NCBI GenBank assembly: GCA_963727865.1
Contig: CAVSHY010000014.1
Location: 38,236-102,235 of the forward strand
Length of the DNA: 64,000 nucleotides
Direction of reading: 5' to 3'
From: an uncultured delta proteobacterium
GTDB taxonomy: Bacteria; Desulfobacterota; GWC2-55-46
The notes under the pieces are model-generated. The model had not been told where the DNA came from and made no database searches. It was given only the letters and a program-made list of their open reading frames with translations. The stretch's first letter is position 1. The number at the start of each line of letters is the position of its first letter. The position numbers and the translations under genes are program-made. Shown here in pieces: positions 41,941 through 51,924 of this stretch.

Positions 41941-41986
41941 CCGCTCCTCCTTATTTTCAGCGTTACAGCCATATCTTCGATTAACT

Positions 41987-42514
41987 CTATTTCATCTTAA
42001 GGGCTATGCCCGCGGCTACAAAAAAAACCTCTTGAGCGGCGTTCGCTATCAATTGGTTTATTGTCCCCGACAGGTCTCTGAATCTCCTCGAAAGAGGGTT
42101 TTCAGGGACGATCCCGAGCCCGAGTTCATTCGATACCGCTATAACGCTTGCTCCCGTACGCTTGCACGAGGCGGCCAATTTTTCAGCCGCTTCTTTAATC
42201 ACGGCGTCGCTCAGGCCCGCTTCAATGAGGTTCGTAAGCCAGAGCGTAAGGCAGTCGATGAGTATTACCCCGCAATCTTTTAAGCCGTCGACCTTTCCCT
42301 CTATATCCTTCGGCTCTTCGACGGTCGTCCAGTCCGCGCCGCGGTCTTTTTTATGGTTATTTATCCTCTCTTCCATCTCGGAATCGAGGGCCTCGGCCGT
42401 CGCTATACAGGCCCTGGGGCCGGGGAGTCCCTCGGCGAGCTTAAGCGCGAACCCGCTCTTGCCGCTTCTCGCACCGCCGAGCACGAAAACGAATTTTTTA
42501 TCAGGGTTCGGCAC
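41987..42514 (-). CDS. cobU: adenosylcobinamide kinase / adenosylcobinamide-phosphate guanylyltransferase
   Basis: 175 aa; Walker A GGARSGKS at N-terminus. Confidence 0.85.
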   Translation of the reverse strand: MPNPDKKFVFVLGGARSGKSGFALKLAEGLPGPRACIATAEALDSEMEERINNHKKDRGADWTTVEEPKDIEGKVDGLKDCGVILIDCLTLWLTNLIEAGLSDAVIKEAAEKLAASCKRTGASVIAVSNELGLGIVPENPLSRRFRDLSGTINQLIANAAQEVFFVAAGIALKMK

Positions 42515-42525
42515 TTTTATTGACC

Positions 42526-43068
42526 TTAATATTCTATCCCTTTCCGGGCGTTTGTCCCGCTGTCGAAGGGGTGTTTTATCTTCAGCATCTCCGTGACGTA
42601 ATCCGATATCCGGACGAGCTCCGCCGGGGCATCCCTGCCCGTAAGGACGACTTCAAGCGAGGCCGGCCTGTTATTAAGGAAATCCATGAGGTCGTTTAAA
42701 CCGATCCAGCCGCCGTTGACCGCCGGCATTATCTCGTCGAGGACAAGCAGATCTATCTCTCCGTCCCTTATCCTCTTTTTCGCGAGTTCGTAAGTATCTG
42801 TTATGGATTTTTTTACGAAAGAACGGTCGGTACTGTCTTTTGTAAAGACAGGATGCCTGCAATTTGACCTTATAAGTTCTATCCCGGATTTAAGGTTTTT
42901 AAAGAATTCCTTTTCCCCTGACGACGCCTTATCCTCCTTGAAGAACTGGACAATAAGGACCTTGAGCCCCTGACCGGCGGCCCGCACGGAAAGCCCGATT
43001 GAAGCGGTCGTCTTACCCTTGCCCTCCCCGGTATATATGTGTATGAGCCCTTTTTTAGACCGTTCCAC
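42526..43068 (-). CDS. cobO: cob(I)yrinic acid a,c-diamide adenosyltransferase (CobO/BtuR type)
   Basis: 180 aa; IHIYTGEGKGKTTASIGL P-loop; GTG start 10 nt after the riboswitch terminator U-tract. Confidence 0.85.
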   Translation of the reverse strand: MERSKKGLIHIYTGEGKGKTTASIGLSVRAAGQGLKVLIVQFFKEDKASSGEKEFFKNLKSGIELIRSNCRHPVFTKDSTDRSFVKKSITDTYELAKKRIRDGEIDLLVLDEIMPAVNGGWIGLNDLMDFLNNRPASLEVVLTGRDAPAELVRISDYVTEMLKIKHPFDSGTNARKGIEY

Positions 43069-43079
43069 GAAAACCTCGC

Positions 43080-43120
43080 TGAAATAAAAAACCCATCCCT
43101 TTGGAAGGATGGGTTTTTCG
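43080..43120 (-). terminator. riboswitch expression-platform intrinsic terminator
   Basis: On the - strand AAAAACCCATCCTTCCAAAGGGATGGGTTTTTTATTTC (8-bp stem + U-run) immediately upstream of the cobO start. Confidence 0.75.
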
Positions 43121-43189
43121 ATTCAGACCTCAAAAAAGGTTACCGCGATTCTAACCGTCGGGGTAGAAATAGCGGTTTAGCCTCTCAAT

Positions 43190-43400
43190 CGACCCTCTCC
43201 CTCGGAAGGCCCTACTCCATACGGTCAGGCAGGTCTCCTGGCTCGCGGGTCATCCTACTCTCTTTTCCTTCCCGGCCCTGTCGGCCAGTGGCAGTTAGAT
43301 AAGATTTCGTCGCCGCTTACAGTTGCGGGGCAGCTCCCGATTCTACGGGATTCCCTTTTGGCCCGGTTGCCGGGCACCTGACAGCGAGTAATCAGATTTA
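43190..43400 (-). ncRNA. cobalamin (AdoCbl) riboswitch aptamer
   Basis: On the - strand AAGGGAATCCCGTAGAATCGGGAGCTGCCCCGCAACTGTAAGCGG ... CTGCCACTGGCCGACAGGGCCGGGAAGG: the conserved GGGAA/UCC, GCCCCGCAACUGUAA and B12-box GCCACUG ... GGGAAGG elements are in canonical order. Confidence 0.8.
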
Positions 43401-43456
43401 TGAATAATAACCTATCAGGTTTTCTTGCGCCGCGTCAAGCCTTCTTTTTATCGCGG

Positions 43457-44254
43457 CTATTTCCCCCGCACACCCTCGTCAAGGAACTTTCTTACGGCCT
43501 CCACGCTCCTCTGGATCATGTTTTCTCCATGAGGCTCCACGGTATATACGGGTTCATTGGGGCAGGCTTTAAGGAACTTGAAAAAAGACCCGAAGTCGAT
43601 CGTGCCTTCCCCGACCGGAAGGTGGTCGTCAAGTTTACCGAAATTATCGTGGAGATGCACTTCCGCTATGAAAGGCCCCAGCTCTTTAAACCATTCCTCG
43701 ATATCCACTTTTGAGAATATCCGCAGGTGCCCGGAATCTATGCAGACCCGAAAGTTCGGGGAATTGATCCTCGCGACGAGCATCTTGAGCGTATCGGGTG
43801 TTTTTTCAAATATGTTCTCGGCGGCTATGACGGCGTCGAGCCTTTCGGCCTCTTTTACGAAGCGGGGCCATGTCTTAAGGCTCTGCTCAAGCCAGAGGCC
43901 GGCGTCTCCGCGGTAACGCCTTTCGTTGTACCCGGCGTGCAACACAACGTTTCGCGGCCTCAGCCAGGAAACGACTTCAAAAACCCTCTTATACCTCTCT
44001 ACCGTGGAAAGCCGTTGATTTTCATCGGCGCTTCCGGGGTTAATATCTATATACGGCCCGTGCATCGTAACCCGCAAAGAGCGCTTCCCGAACTCCTCCC
44101 TTATTTCCATGAGGTCCCCGGGGTCGGCGGTCTCCAGGAACCGGCCGTCGATATACACTTCCGGGTTTATGCCCATGTCAAGGATATCTCCAAGCCTCTC
44201 AAGGAGAAGAGGGTAGGGTATATGAACCTGAATTTTTTTTTCTTCCACTTTCAA
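43457..44254 (-). CDS. sugar phosphate isomerase/epimerase (xylose-isomerase-like TIM barrel, AP endonuclease family 2)
   Basis: 265 aa; TIM-barrel pattern with metal-ligand His/Asp/Glu positions (..VHLHDN.., EPHGE). Confidence 0.65.
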   Translation of the reverse strand: MKVEEKKIQVHIPYPLLLERLGDILDMGINPEVYIDGRFLETADPGDLMEIREEFGKRSLRVTMHGPYIDINPGSADENQRLSTVERYKRVFEVVSWLRPRNVVLHAGYNERRYRGDAGLWLEQSLKTWPRFVKEAERLDAVIAAENIFEKTPDTLKMLVARINSPNFRVCIDSGHLRIFSKVDIEEWFKELGPFIAEVHLHDNFGKLDDHLPVGEGTIDFGSFFKFLKACPNEPVYTVEPHGENMIQRSVEAVRKFLDEGVRGK

Positions 44255-44284
44255 CCGGTTAGGTTTTTGTCGAGTTTTTTGGAG

Positions 44285-44520
44285 TTTGAAGCTCCCCGCA
44301 GCTTGCTGCGCTTAATCTTCCAAATGTAAGTTTTTTCAGAGTCCTTTATGGAGAACCTGAAAATAAGCGGCGTTTCGCGAAGGACGTTAAAAATATCCTT
44401 CATGGGGCGCCTGAAAATGAGAGACGTCTCGCGTAGGACTTTAAAAATTCTATTCGCTCGCTTGACCCTGCTGCAAGCAGCGGGCATGGCGCTCGCGTTG
44501 CATTTTCAATAACGATTAAA
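44285..44520 (-). repeat. repeat family A copy (inverted)
   Basis: Reverse complement of the 45368-45600 arrangement; the six-frame ORF 44251-44487 inside it is judged spurious. Confidence 0.8.
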
Positions 44521-44723
44521 TCGGAAAAACAGATATTCTTCAAGGGAAATATAAGAAGGATTAAAAATTATAGCGATTCATGTGAAATGTTTTTTCTCTG
44601 CTATACTTCTCTATATTAATAAAAGAAGAGAGGACGCGATTATATCCCGAAATGCGGATAATCGCCAGTTCAGTGGAAGCGTCGAAGATAGAAGGAGATA
44701 AAAAAACAGGGAGGAGAAAAGGG

Positions 44724-45308
44724 ATGAAAAAAATACCGGTTTTTATCATTGCGGGAATTTTTTCTTTAAGCCTCGCGGCCAAAACCGAGGCCGCTCAAAG
44801 AGGGATAAAATCGATGTCCAGGGAAAAGCTCATAGCCCTCGCGATGAGCGCGGCCCCGCCGCGGATATCGAAGGACGCGACCATCATGATACCGGGGGCG
44901 GACGGAAAACTTGTCGAGGCCCGGAAGGGGACGAACGGGTTCACCTGCATCCCTGATATCGACGGCCAGGAGGTCCCTGATCCGATATGCGCGGATGAGG
45001 CCGCAACGCAATTCCTTATGGACATGATGAATAAAAAGGAGAAGCCGACCAATACGGCCCCAGGCGTCGCATACATGGCAAAAGGGGGATGGCACTGGGA
45101 AAAGGACGGAAAGGTGGTCATGAATACGGGGGAGGCCGGGGCAAAAAGAGTAAGTGAGCCGCCCCACTGGATGATTTTCTGGTCTTTTGACCCGGGTAAG
45201 ACTATGCTCCCGACCATACCGGGGAAATTCGGGACGTATATCATGTTCGAGAAAACGCCTTATGCCCATTTAATGGTATATCAGGACCCCGGAAAGTTAA
45301 CAAAGTAA
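44724..45308 (+). CDS. secreted hypothetical protein
   Basis: MKKIPVFIIAGIFSLSLAAKTEAA signal peptide; no recognisable domain. Confidence 0.45.
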   Translation: MKKIPVFIIAGIFSLSLAAKTEAAQRGIKSMSREKLIALAMSAAPPRISKDATIMIPGADGKLVEARKGTNGFTCIPDIDGQEVPDPICADEAATQFLMDMMNKKEKPTNTAPGVAYMAKGGWHWEKDGKVVMNTGEAGAKRVSEPPHWMIFWSFDPGKTMLPTIPGKFGTYIMFEKTPYAHLMVYQDPGKLTK

Positions 45309-45367
45309 ATATATCTGACAGGACGCGTAAAGGCCCGTTTTAGGGGAGGCTTTTGTTTTTTTAGCTG

Positions 45368-45600
45368 AAAATGCAACGCGAACGCCCTGCCCGCCGCAAG
45401 CAGCGGGATCAAGCGAGCGAATAGAATTTTTGAAGTCCTACGCGAGACGTCTCTAATTTTCAGGCGCCCCATGAAGGATATTTTTAACGTCCTTTGCGAA
45501 ACGCCGCTTATTGTCAGGTTCTCCATAAAGGACTCTGAAAAAACTTACATTTGGAAGCTTCCCCGCAGCAAGCTGCGGGGAAGCTTCCAAATTTTTGACT
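45368..45600 (+). repeat. repeat family A copy (full modular set)
   Basis: Modules A, B, C and D in order; the best reference copy. Confidence 0.8.
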
Positions 45601-45711
45601 CGATGGCTTTTAAAAGCTTCTGTGTCATTTTAAAACATCGGGTCGCCGGTTAATGTACCGGCTGCAACCGCCGGATCCGGGGGAGGGGGGGAAAAGATGA
45701 GTTATCTCTGA

Positions 45712-45815
45712 GGGTGCGCCGCAACCGCCGCTTTAGAGGCGGGCAAGGCGAGCTATAAAAATGACAATCACCTTACCGTGAAGAATCCCCGTCATTTATG
45801 GCGGGGTTCTCAATT
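45712..45815 (+). repeat. repeat family B copy
   Basis: See 16008-16125. Confidence 0.75.
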
Positions 45816-45949
45816 TCATATTAACGTTTGCTCCCGTTGTATCCGCCATTCAGACCGCCGCGATTCAGCGTGAGAAATAATAAAAAAGGGGCCGCGGCTA
45901 AAGCCGCGGCCCCGTCTGCCTTCCCTGTTTGACTGCGTAACCGATAAAT

Positions 45950-46351
45950 TTATTCTCCGCCCTTGCTGTCGGCCTTTTCTCCCTTCCTCTCAATCCTTTC
46001 GCCCCTTCTCTCCTCTTTCTTACCTTTCCGCTCGACCCTTTTGCCGCGCCTCTCAAGCCTTTTGCCTTTCCTTTCGAGGTGCTTCGCCCTCCTCTCGTCC
46101 CTCGCGGCCTTTTTGTCTTTACCTTCCTTCTCCAGGGTATCGGCCTTTTTTTCGAGCCTGTCGCTACGGTTCTCAAGCCTATCGCCTCTGTTCTCGACCC
46201 TTTCCCCCCGGTTCTCGGTCCTTTCGCCCTTCCTCTCTAAAGCCTGCCCACTTCTTTCGAGGTTATTCCCGGCCCCTTCCTCTGCTTTTACCACAACGGG
46301 AATGGAAAATAAAAACGCCCCTACAGTCAAAACAGCGAGAATCCTTTTCAT
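45950..46351 (-). CDS. secreted highly charged tandem-repeat protein ((L/V)ER(K/R)G(E/K)R octad repeats)
   Basis: Signal peptide, then LERKGERTENRGERVENRGDRLENRSDRLE..; the underlying DNA is a degenerate ~24-bp tandem repeat. Confidence 0.5.
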   Translation of the reverse strand: MKRILAVLTVGAFLFSIPVVVKAEEGAGNNLERSGQALERKGERTENRGERVENRGDRLENRSDRLEKKADTLEKEGKDKKAARDERRAKHLERKGKRLERRGKRVERKGKKEERRGERIERKGEKADSKGGE

Positions 46352-46685
46352 AGATTTAACCTCCTCAGGTTAATTTGCGTTCCTGTGATTTTATAAAAGC
46401 AATTAGAATGCCATGGCGTAACTATTTGATTTCCCTGACTATTTAAAAAGCCATTCTTAATATTATCGACGTTTTGGTGTAAAGACAGCCCTTTTAGTGA
46501 ACCTTTTTTGCGGATAAGGGCGTGTCCGCCGGGTACGGTGTTTAAGCCCACCGGCTCGCGCGGCAGCCAAAAAAGCTAAAGTTTTTTACCAAATTCTCGG
46601 TTATAATCAAAACATTCACGATGGAAAAATAAAAGACCCGCCGATTTTAACCGGCGGGTCTTTTCCATGACGGACCTGAAGACGA

Positions 46686-47153
46686 TTACGTATGGAACCC
46701 GTACCGCATATCCCCTTTCAGCTCCTCCACCATCTCTTTAGAGTCGTTCGGGTCGCCGTTCGGATGGTAATTAACCTCGATGAACCTCCAGTACTGGAGG
46801 GTGTATTCGTGAATGGTCGTCACATAACGGCCGTTACCTTTGCCGTCGGTCTTGAAAAAGTTGGTGTCCAGCCCCAGGGCGTACGCGCCGTCCCTCGGGT
46901 TTTCATTGACAAGCCAGACAGTATAGATGGAGTTCGGCTTGAGGTGCCAGACATTTACGCCGACCATCCTCTGGCCGGGCATGAAACTCTCGGACGGTTC
47001 TATGAGAGCCTCGCCGGACGCCCCCTGGTTAAGGATGTCATGGAGCGGTATGAACCTTTTAACGCCCAGGTAGGCCCCTGCCGAAGAGGCGGAAAATAAA
47101 AGCGCGATAACCGCGAGTATAAGCGCCTTTTTCCCGGAGCCCTTCGCGGCCAT
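46686..47153 (-). CDS. secreted hypothetical protein
   Basis: Signal peptide ALILAVIALLFSASSAGA; no recognisable domain. Confidence 0.45.
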   Translation of the reverse strand: MAAKGSGKKALILAVIALLFSASSAGAYLGVKRFIPLHDILNQGASGEALIEPSESFMPGQRMVGVNVWHLKPNSIYTVWLVNENPRDGAYALGLDTNFFKTDGKGNGRYVTTIHEYTLQYWRFIEVNYHPNGDPNDSKEMVEELKGDMRYGFHT

Positions 47154-47434
47154 TTCGTTTCCCGTTTTTCTTGAAAACATGCCGGGTCTCATTTCAACGC
47201 TTCCTCCCTGTATGCAAGATATTCCCCAAAAGGCGATATTATAACGGTCTAAAATTTCATTATCAACGCCGGAACTGAAAAAAACCGGCGCGCGGGGTAG
47301 ATTAAAAAACGACTCCGCATACGGATGTTATGGCTGATTGGCGTGAAACGGCCATTAAATGTCCGGAGATTTCTCTGTCAGAGTTAAGCCGGAGAACGCG
47401 GCCTTCATGGTTATGGATTCCCTGTAAGCCCTTT

Positions 47435-48184
47435 TTAGTGATCTATAGTCCGCTCCATCTTGACCAGCTCGGCGGCGATGAAGTCGTTCAACGCCTCCTG
47501 GTCATCCTGCTCCACCGAGGTAAACATTATGCCATAACCGCAGAATATTATCTTGCTCAAAAGCTCAAACGGGAACCAGCGCACGATGCCGGTTATCCGT
47601 ACAACCTTTGGTCTTTGGGGAAGGGAGAACATGAGGTGTATTACGGCCCCCTTTATAAGCTCCTCTTTGGTGTGGAGGAAAGCCCCGCCCTCGCTCAGGT
47701 TTATTATGACCCCTGACTTCGTCTCCTCCCCGTACGTGAAGTCCACCGGGATCGAAATCGGGACCCGCTCACTGAGGGTCCTGCTGGCGCGTTTATCGAA
47801 AAAGAGGAGCCTGTTGACGCGGAAGATTATCTGCTCCGGGGAAAGGTCCTTTGACATGAAGCCAGTCGCCCCGAGGTTCTTAAGGCTCTCAAGGACGTGA
47901 TTCGGCTCGTACACCCCGGTTATGGCGAGCACCGGGAACCTGTCACTGAAGCCGTTCTCACCGATCCACTTCAGAACCCCGAAACCGTCGATATGCGGCA
48001 TCTGGAGGTCGAGGATCAGAAGGTCGATTTTTCCCGCGTCCTCTTTTATCCTGGCTATGCAGTCGTCGCCGTCTTTCACGAGCATCACCCCGTGGCCGGC
48101 CTCGGTGAGGATGTCGGAGAGTTTGATCCTGAAAAAGAGGCTGTCGTCCGCGACAACGATATTTTTCGGGTCATTTGTGATCAT
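47435..48184 (-). CDS. response regulator with C-terminal PilZ (c-di-GMP-binding) domain
   Basis: REC domain (VVADD.., ILDLQMPHIDG) plus PilZ motifs RASRTLSER (RxxxR) and NLSEGG (D/NxSxGG). Confidence 0.8.
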   Translation of the reverse strand: MITNDPKNIVVADDSLFFRIKLSDILTEAGHGVMLVKDGDDCIARIKEDAGKIDLLILDLQMPHIDGFGVLKWIGENGFSDRFPVLAITGVYEPNHVLESLKNLGATGFMSKDLSPEQIIFRVNRLLFFDKRASRTLSERVPISIPVDFTYGEETKSGVIINLSEGGAFLHTKEELIKGAVIHLMFSLPQRPKVVRITGIVRWFPFELLSKIIFCGYGIMFTSVEQDDQEALNDFIAAELVKMERTIDH

Positions 48185-48615
48185 GTTCGCCCCTTCCTTT
48201 AAATTGTTGAAACAGCCGGTTATAAATAAAGAACCGCGGGATCGGGGCTGAAGTCTCGGGAAGCCGCTCGAATGCGCCGGGTTACGAATTTACCCGGACT
48301 GCGACTTTCCGGGCCTTATTTAAGGCGATAGACTAAAGATGAGATACGGAGTTTCGAAATTGAACCGGAGAAGCGCGTTGATTTATTGATTAATATCTAC
48401 AACTTTATGACGCTCATGTCAACCGTTAATTTAATCGGGCGCCCGCTACGCGTTTTCAAGAGCCGTTTTTCGCGAAAAACAGTTTTTTTGCCTTATACGC
48501 TCCAGGCCCCGCCTCTCCGTGGAAAATATCTTCGCGCCGTGCGGGGCGAGGGCTTGCAAATTCCTGAAAGTATGATATAAAATGAAATCATACCAACAAG
48601 AGAGCTTCAACTATT

Positions 48616-49056
48616 ATGATGAGGATCGCCGGAAAGAGGGTTCTGGCGGCGGCTGTTATTTTCGCCGCCCTGACGGCCGGTAATGCGGCGGCCGTGTCGC
48701 GTGACCGTGTGATGGACAAGGAATCCGAGGGTTGCGTCTCCTGCCACGAGGGGACCGTTTCCTCGCATCATAAGCTGTCGGTCTGCGACGCCGAGGACTG
48801 CGACCATCCCATCGGAGGGAATTATGAAGATTTATCGGCGGGAGATAACTCTCTAAGGCCGGCCAACGCCTTAAACCCGGCTTTTAAACTTATAGACGGC
48901 AGGATCAGTTGCGTTACCTGCCACGTCCCTTATTCCAACCCGGAGAAGCATAAGGCGCTCGCGGATCTGAGGAAAAGATACCCGATAATCCCCGACCCGA
49001 TGCTTGTCGTGGATAACAGAGGCAGCGGGCTCTGCCTCGCCTGCCACGTCAAATGA
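48616..49056 (+). CDS. periplasmic triheme c-type cytochrome
   Basis: Signal peptide; CVSCHEG, CVTCHVP, CLACHVK. Confidence 0.75.
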   Translation: MMRIAGKRVLAAAVIFAALTAGNAAAVSRDRVMDKESEGCVSCHEGTVSSHHKLSVCDAEDCDHPIGGNYEDLSAGDNSLRPANALNPAFKLIDGRISCVTCHVPYSNPEKHKALADLRKRYPIIPDPMLVVDNRGSGLCLACHVK

Positions 49057-49952
49057 GGATGTTTCAGTTATGTTCTTTTCATCTTCCCGGGAAGGCCCTT
49101 CTCTCATTTCCCGTAGAAGCCCTCTTTTTCTCAAACCTGATTTTCATGCCCGTAAGCCTTATCTCTTCGGCATCATCTTTAAGCCCGCGCCTCCCGCACT
49201 TGAACGCGCAGGCGTAAAATGAAAGTCTCCGTCGTGAAAAGCCTTAGCCCGGAATCGAGGCGGCCGGGGGGCCGCGTCACCTGTCGCCGTAATTCGACTT
49301 CATGGGACCTCTTTAAATCCCGTTAAAAATAAAGAAGGCCCCGGCGCTCTCCGGAGCCTTTCTGGAAAGAGAGAGTGGTTAGAACCCGGCTTTCATTTTT
49401 TTCTGTAATTCCTGTCAAGGTACCTTGCGGCGAAATTTACCGCCACCGGAAAAACGAAAAAAGAAAAGGGCCAGGCGTAATTCGCGAACCTTCTTAAGCC
49501 TGTGTCGTGGGAGCCGAGCGCGAGGACCATGAAATAGAAGAAGAAGATGAGCACCGGGAAGGCGGATACGTTAGCGACGATCCGTAATATTATTGTGATA
49601 GCCCTCATGTCCGCCGTTTATACATTGACCGAGATGGGAATTTTAACCCGCTTCACTTAGCAGGCTGCTGAAAAAGTCCATCTGCCGCGTTGTTTTCGTC
49701 ACTCGTCATTGCGGCGTATATACGGAATACGCCTCATTCCTCGCTCCTCTATTTCAGTGGGGGCCTTGCATCTGGAGCTTTTCGGGGCACCCATCCGAAG
49801 GCTGGGTCGGCCTGAACAAATTTTTAGTTTTTCCGCAACGTGTTAGATTATTTTAACTTATTTTTTTGCGGGAATACAACAGAAAATTGGAAGGCGCCTC
49901 TTTTTAACGGGTTTCCCGCGCCGCCCTCCATAAAAGCCGCCCGGCCCCGATA

Positions 49953-50396
49953 TTACGGATAGTCGAGTTCCTCTATCCTGACGACCGTATCCCCCTCGAA
50001 GGTTACGGCGCGTATGAACTGGTTTGAGCCGAGGTTATAATACCATCTTTCCACGGTTATGACAGCCCCGGTCTGAAGCTCGGTATCGGCCGTCCCGTCC
50101 GGTTTTCTCTTGATTCTCTGTTTCGCCTCAAAGCTCCTTATCCCCACGGTTTCCCTGTAGAAAGGCTCTCCGCAGCGCAGGAGCACTACCGGTTTCGTAT
50201 CCCCGGTTGATACGATGCGCTGGCCGCAGTACATCGAATCCGCCAGTGCCGGGCCCGCGAGGGGTAGGGCGAGGAAGGCGAGGGTTATAATAAGGAGCCT
50301 TTTTTTAATGTTAATCAGGATGCGCTCTCCGTGATTTGGCCTGGTATGCCGTAAATAAAGTCTCAGGCGAACCAGCGCCAGAATATTATTTTTCAT
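49953..50396 (-). CDS. DUF2845-like periplasmic protein
   Basis: CGQRIVSTGDTKPVVLLRCGEP...WYY pattern; start uncertain. Confidence 0.45.
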   Translation of the reverse strand: MKNNILALVRLRLYLRHTRPNHGERILINIKKRLLIITLAFLALPLAGPALADSMYCGQRIVSTGDTKPVVLLRCGEPFYRETVGIRSFEAKQRIKRKPDGTADTELQTGAVITVERWYYNLGSNQFIRAVTFEGDTVVRIEELDYP

Positions 50397-50553
50397 GGAC
50401 GCCCCCTTGACGCTGTCCCCCGGTTCATCCAAGCATTTCAATTCTATCAGGCTATCGGTGAATTGACAACCCGGGGAGGGGGGAGACGGGAGACGGAAGG
50501 TTGCGCGCAGAGGTTGCCACTTAAATAACCTCCGAGTACTTGGCGAGGCCCGG

Positions 50554-50889
50554 TCACCTTTTCTCGTACCCGGCCGGCTGGGTCGTGGCGGCCGATACGA
50601 TGAGGTCTGTGGTCGCCACTATCTTGTGCCATACGCCCTTCGGCGCGATAGTTATTACCCCGGGCTTGAGCTGAACCGACTCCTCCCTGCCGTCGTCGGT
50701 ATAGCAGACCCCTTCGCCCTCGTGCGTGAAAAAGACCTGGTCCCCTTCCGGGTGCCTGTGGTAATCGAGGAGAGTGCCGGGCCTGAAATAATACGTGACC
50801 TGCACGATGCGTTCGGTCTTGAGATTTGTGACCTGGTTTACTTCATTGTCCTTGAATGCTTTTTTCTCAAAGACATTCACGCCCTGCAT
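50554..50889 (-). CDS. cupin domain protein
   Basis: HRHPEGDQVFF ... GVWHKI two-motif cupin signature. Confidence 0.7.
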   Translation of the reverse strand: MQGVNVFEKKAFKDNEVNQVTNLKTERIVQVTYYFRPGTLLDYHRHPEGDQVFFTHEGEGVCYTDDGREESVQLKPGVITIAPKGVWHKIVATTDLIVSAATTQPAGYEKR

Positions 50890-50924
50890 AAAGACCTCCT
50901 TCAAAAGATTTATGGGATAAATCG

Positions 50925-51185
50925 CTACCCCCCGTTATCATCTTCCCTTCCCGCGTTCAGCTTTTTCCTTAGCGCCGATAGTTCCATCCGTGTTTTTATC
51001 CGCCCAGGGAGCGAGGCCAGGAAGGCCGCGACCGCCCCGGCGGCGAAGGCGAGCATCATGACAAGGGCAAGCGACCCCGTAAATGACCATTTGAGGAAGG
51101 TTACATCCACGGGCCTGGCGTTCTCGATCGAAAAGACGGCGACAACGGCGGCCAAAATTATTGAAATGATGAAAGATAGCCTCAT
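50925..51185 (-). CDS. LapA/DUF1049-like small inner-membrane protein
   Basis: 86 aa, two TM, charged C-terminal tail. Confidence 0.45.
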   Translation of the reverse strand: MRLSFIISIILAAVVAVFSIENARPVDVTFLKWSFTGSLALVMMLAFAAGAVAAFLASLPGRIKTRMELSALRKKLNAGREDDNGG

Positions 51186-51439
51186 GTTTTCAGCGCCCCT
51201 CCCGTATTGCCCTGTGAACTTTTATCAAGGCAAGGATACACTGAAAACCATAAATTATCAATACAAAGCGCGGTACCCCCGCTGTCAATCTACCCGCTAC
51301 CCGGCGAAAAAAATGAAGAGAAGAAATCCCGAAGAAGGCCGGGGCGATAGATTGATGGGATGTTTACGGATAGAAAAAAGTTTGAAGGGGGAAAGGGGGA
51401 CGGGAAAGATTTTTGAGAGTATTCGTTAAGGAAAGTATA

Positions 51440-51748
51440 GCCCGCCTTTATGCCGGGGCGATGAAAGATTCAGGGATGTAAATTTACGGAGACGGAGATG
51501 ATAGCCTTTCAGTTGAAAGATTCCCGGTGTTTTAAGATACGGGAATTCGTTCACCGCGCGTGTGCAAAGGGTGATGCCGTCGATCCCCGGCAGCTCGATG
51601 CCGGTTACGACGAGGCCGTAGTTTGAAAGGCGGAGCTTTGAGAGCGCGTCGAGGCCGCCGGGCGAGTTTTCGACCGCGTGAGCGCCACGGCGTAGAGGAG
51701 CCTTATCGGGTCGTTATCGTCCGCCACGAGTATTCTTTTGGCGGACAT
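51440..51748 (-). CDS. stand-alone receiver (CheY-like) domain, frameshifted near 51690
   Basis: MSAKRILVADDNDPIRLL in one frame, then ..GLDALSKLRLSNYGLVVTGIELPGIDGITL.. in the next frame; no ORF appears in the track because each piece is short. Confidence 0.55.
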
Positions 51749-51924
51749 AAAATTCGGTCTATCCTTAGATGGCGTTAGCCATGCCTGATGGCTTGAGTTT
51801 TCAGTAAGAGATAATTATACGGGCAGAGCGTTTACAGATAGGTTACGGATTGAAAATGCGTAGCGAGAGCCCTGCCCGTAGCAAGCCGCGCTTAATCTTC
51901 AAAGGCCAACCCCGGATTCTTTCT

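Noticed and set aside
44251-44487. Six-frame ORFs of 60-80 aa with K/R-rich repetitive sequence (44251-44487, 45281-45526, 45471-45653, 63012-63194, 28015-28221, 30819-31028)
   Set aside because: They lie entirely inside repeat family A copies, and the same 'proteins' recur because the DNA repeats. There are no RBS/start consistency and no domain. Treated as translation artefacts.
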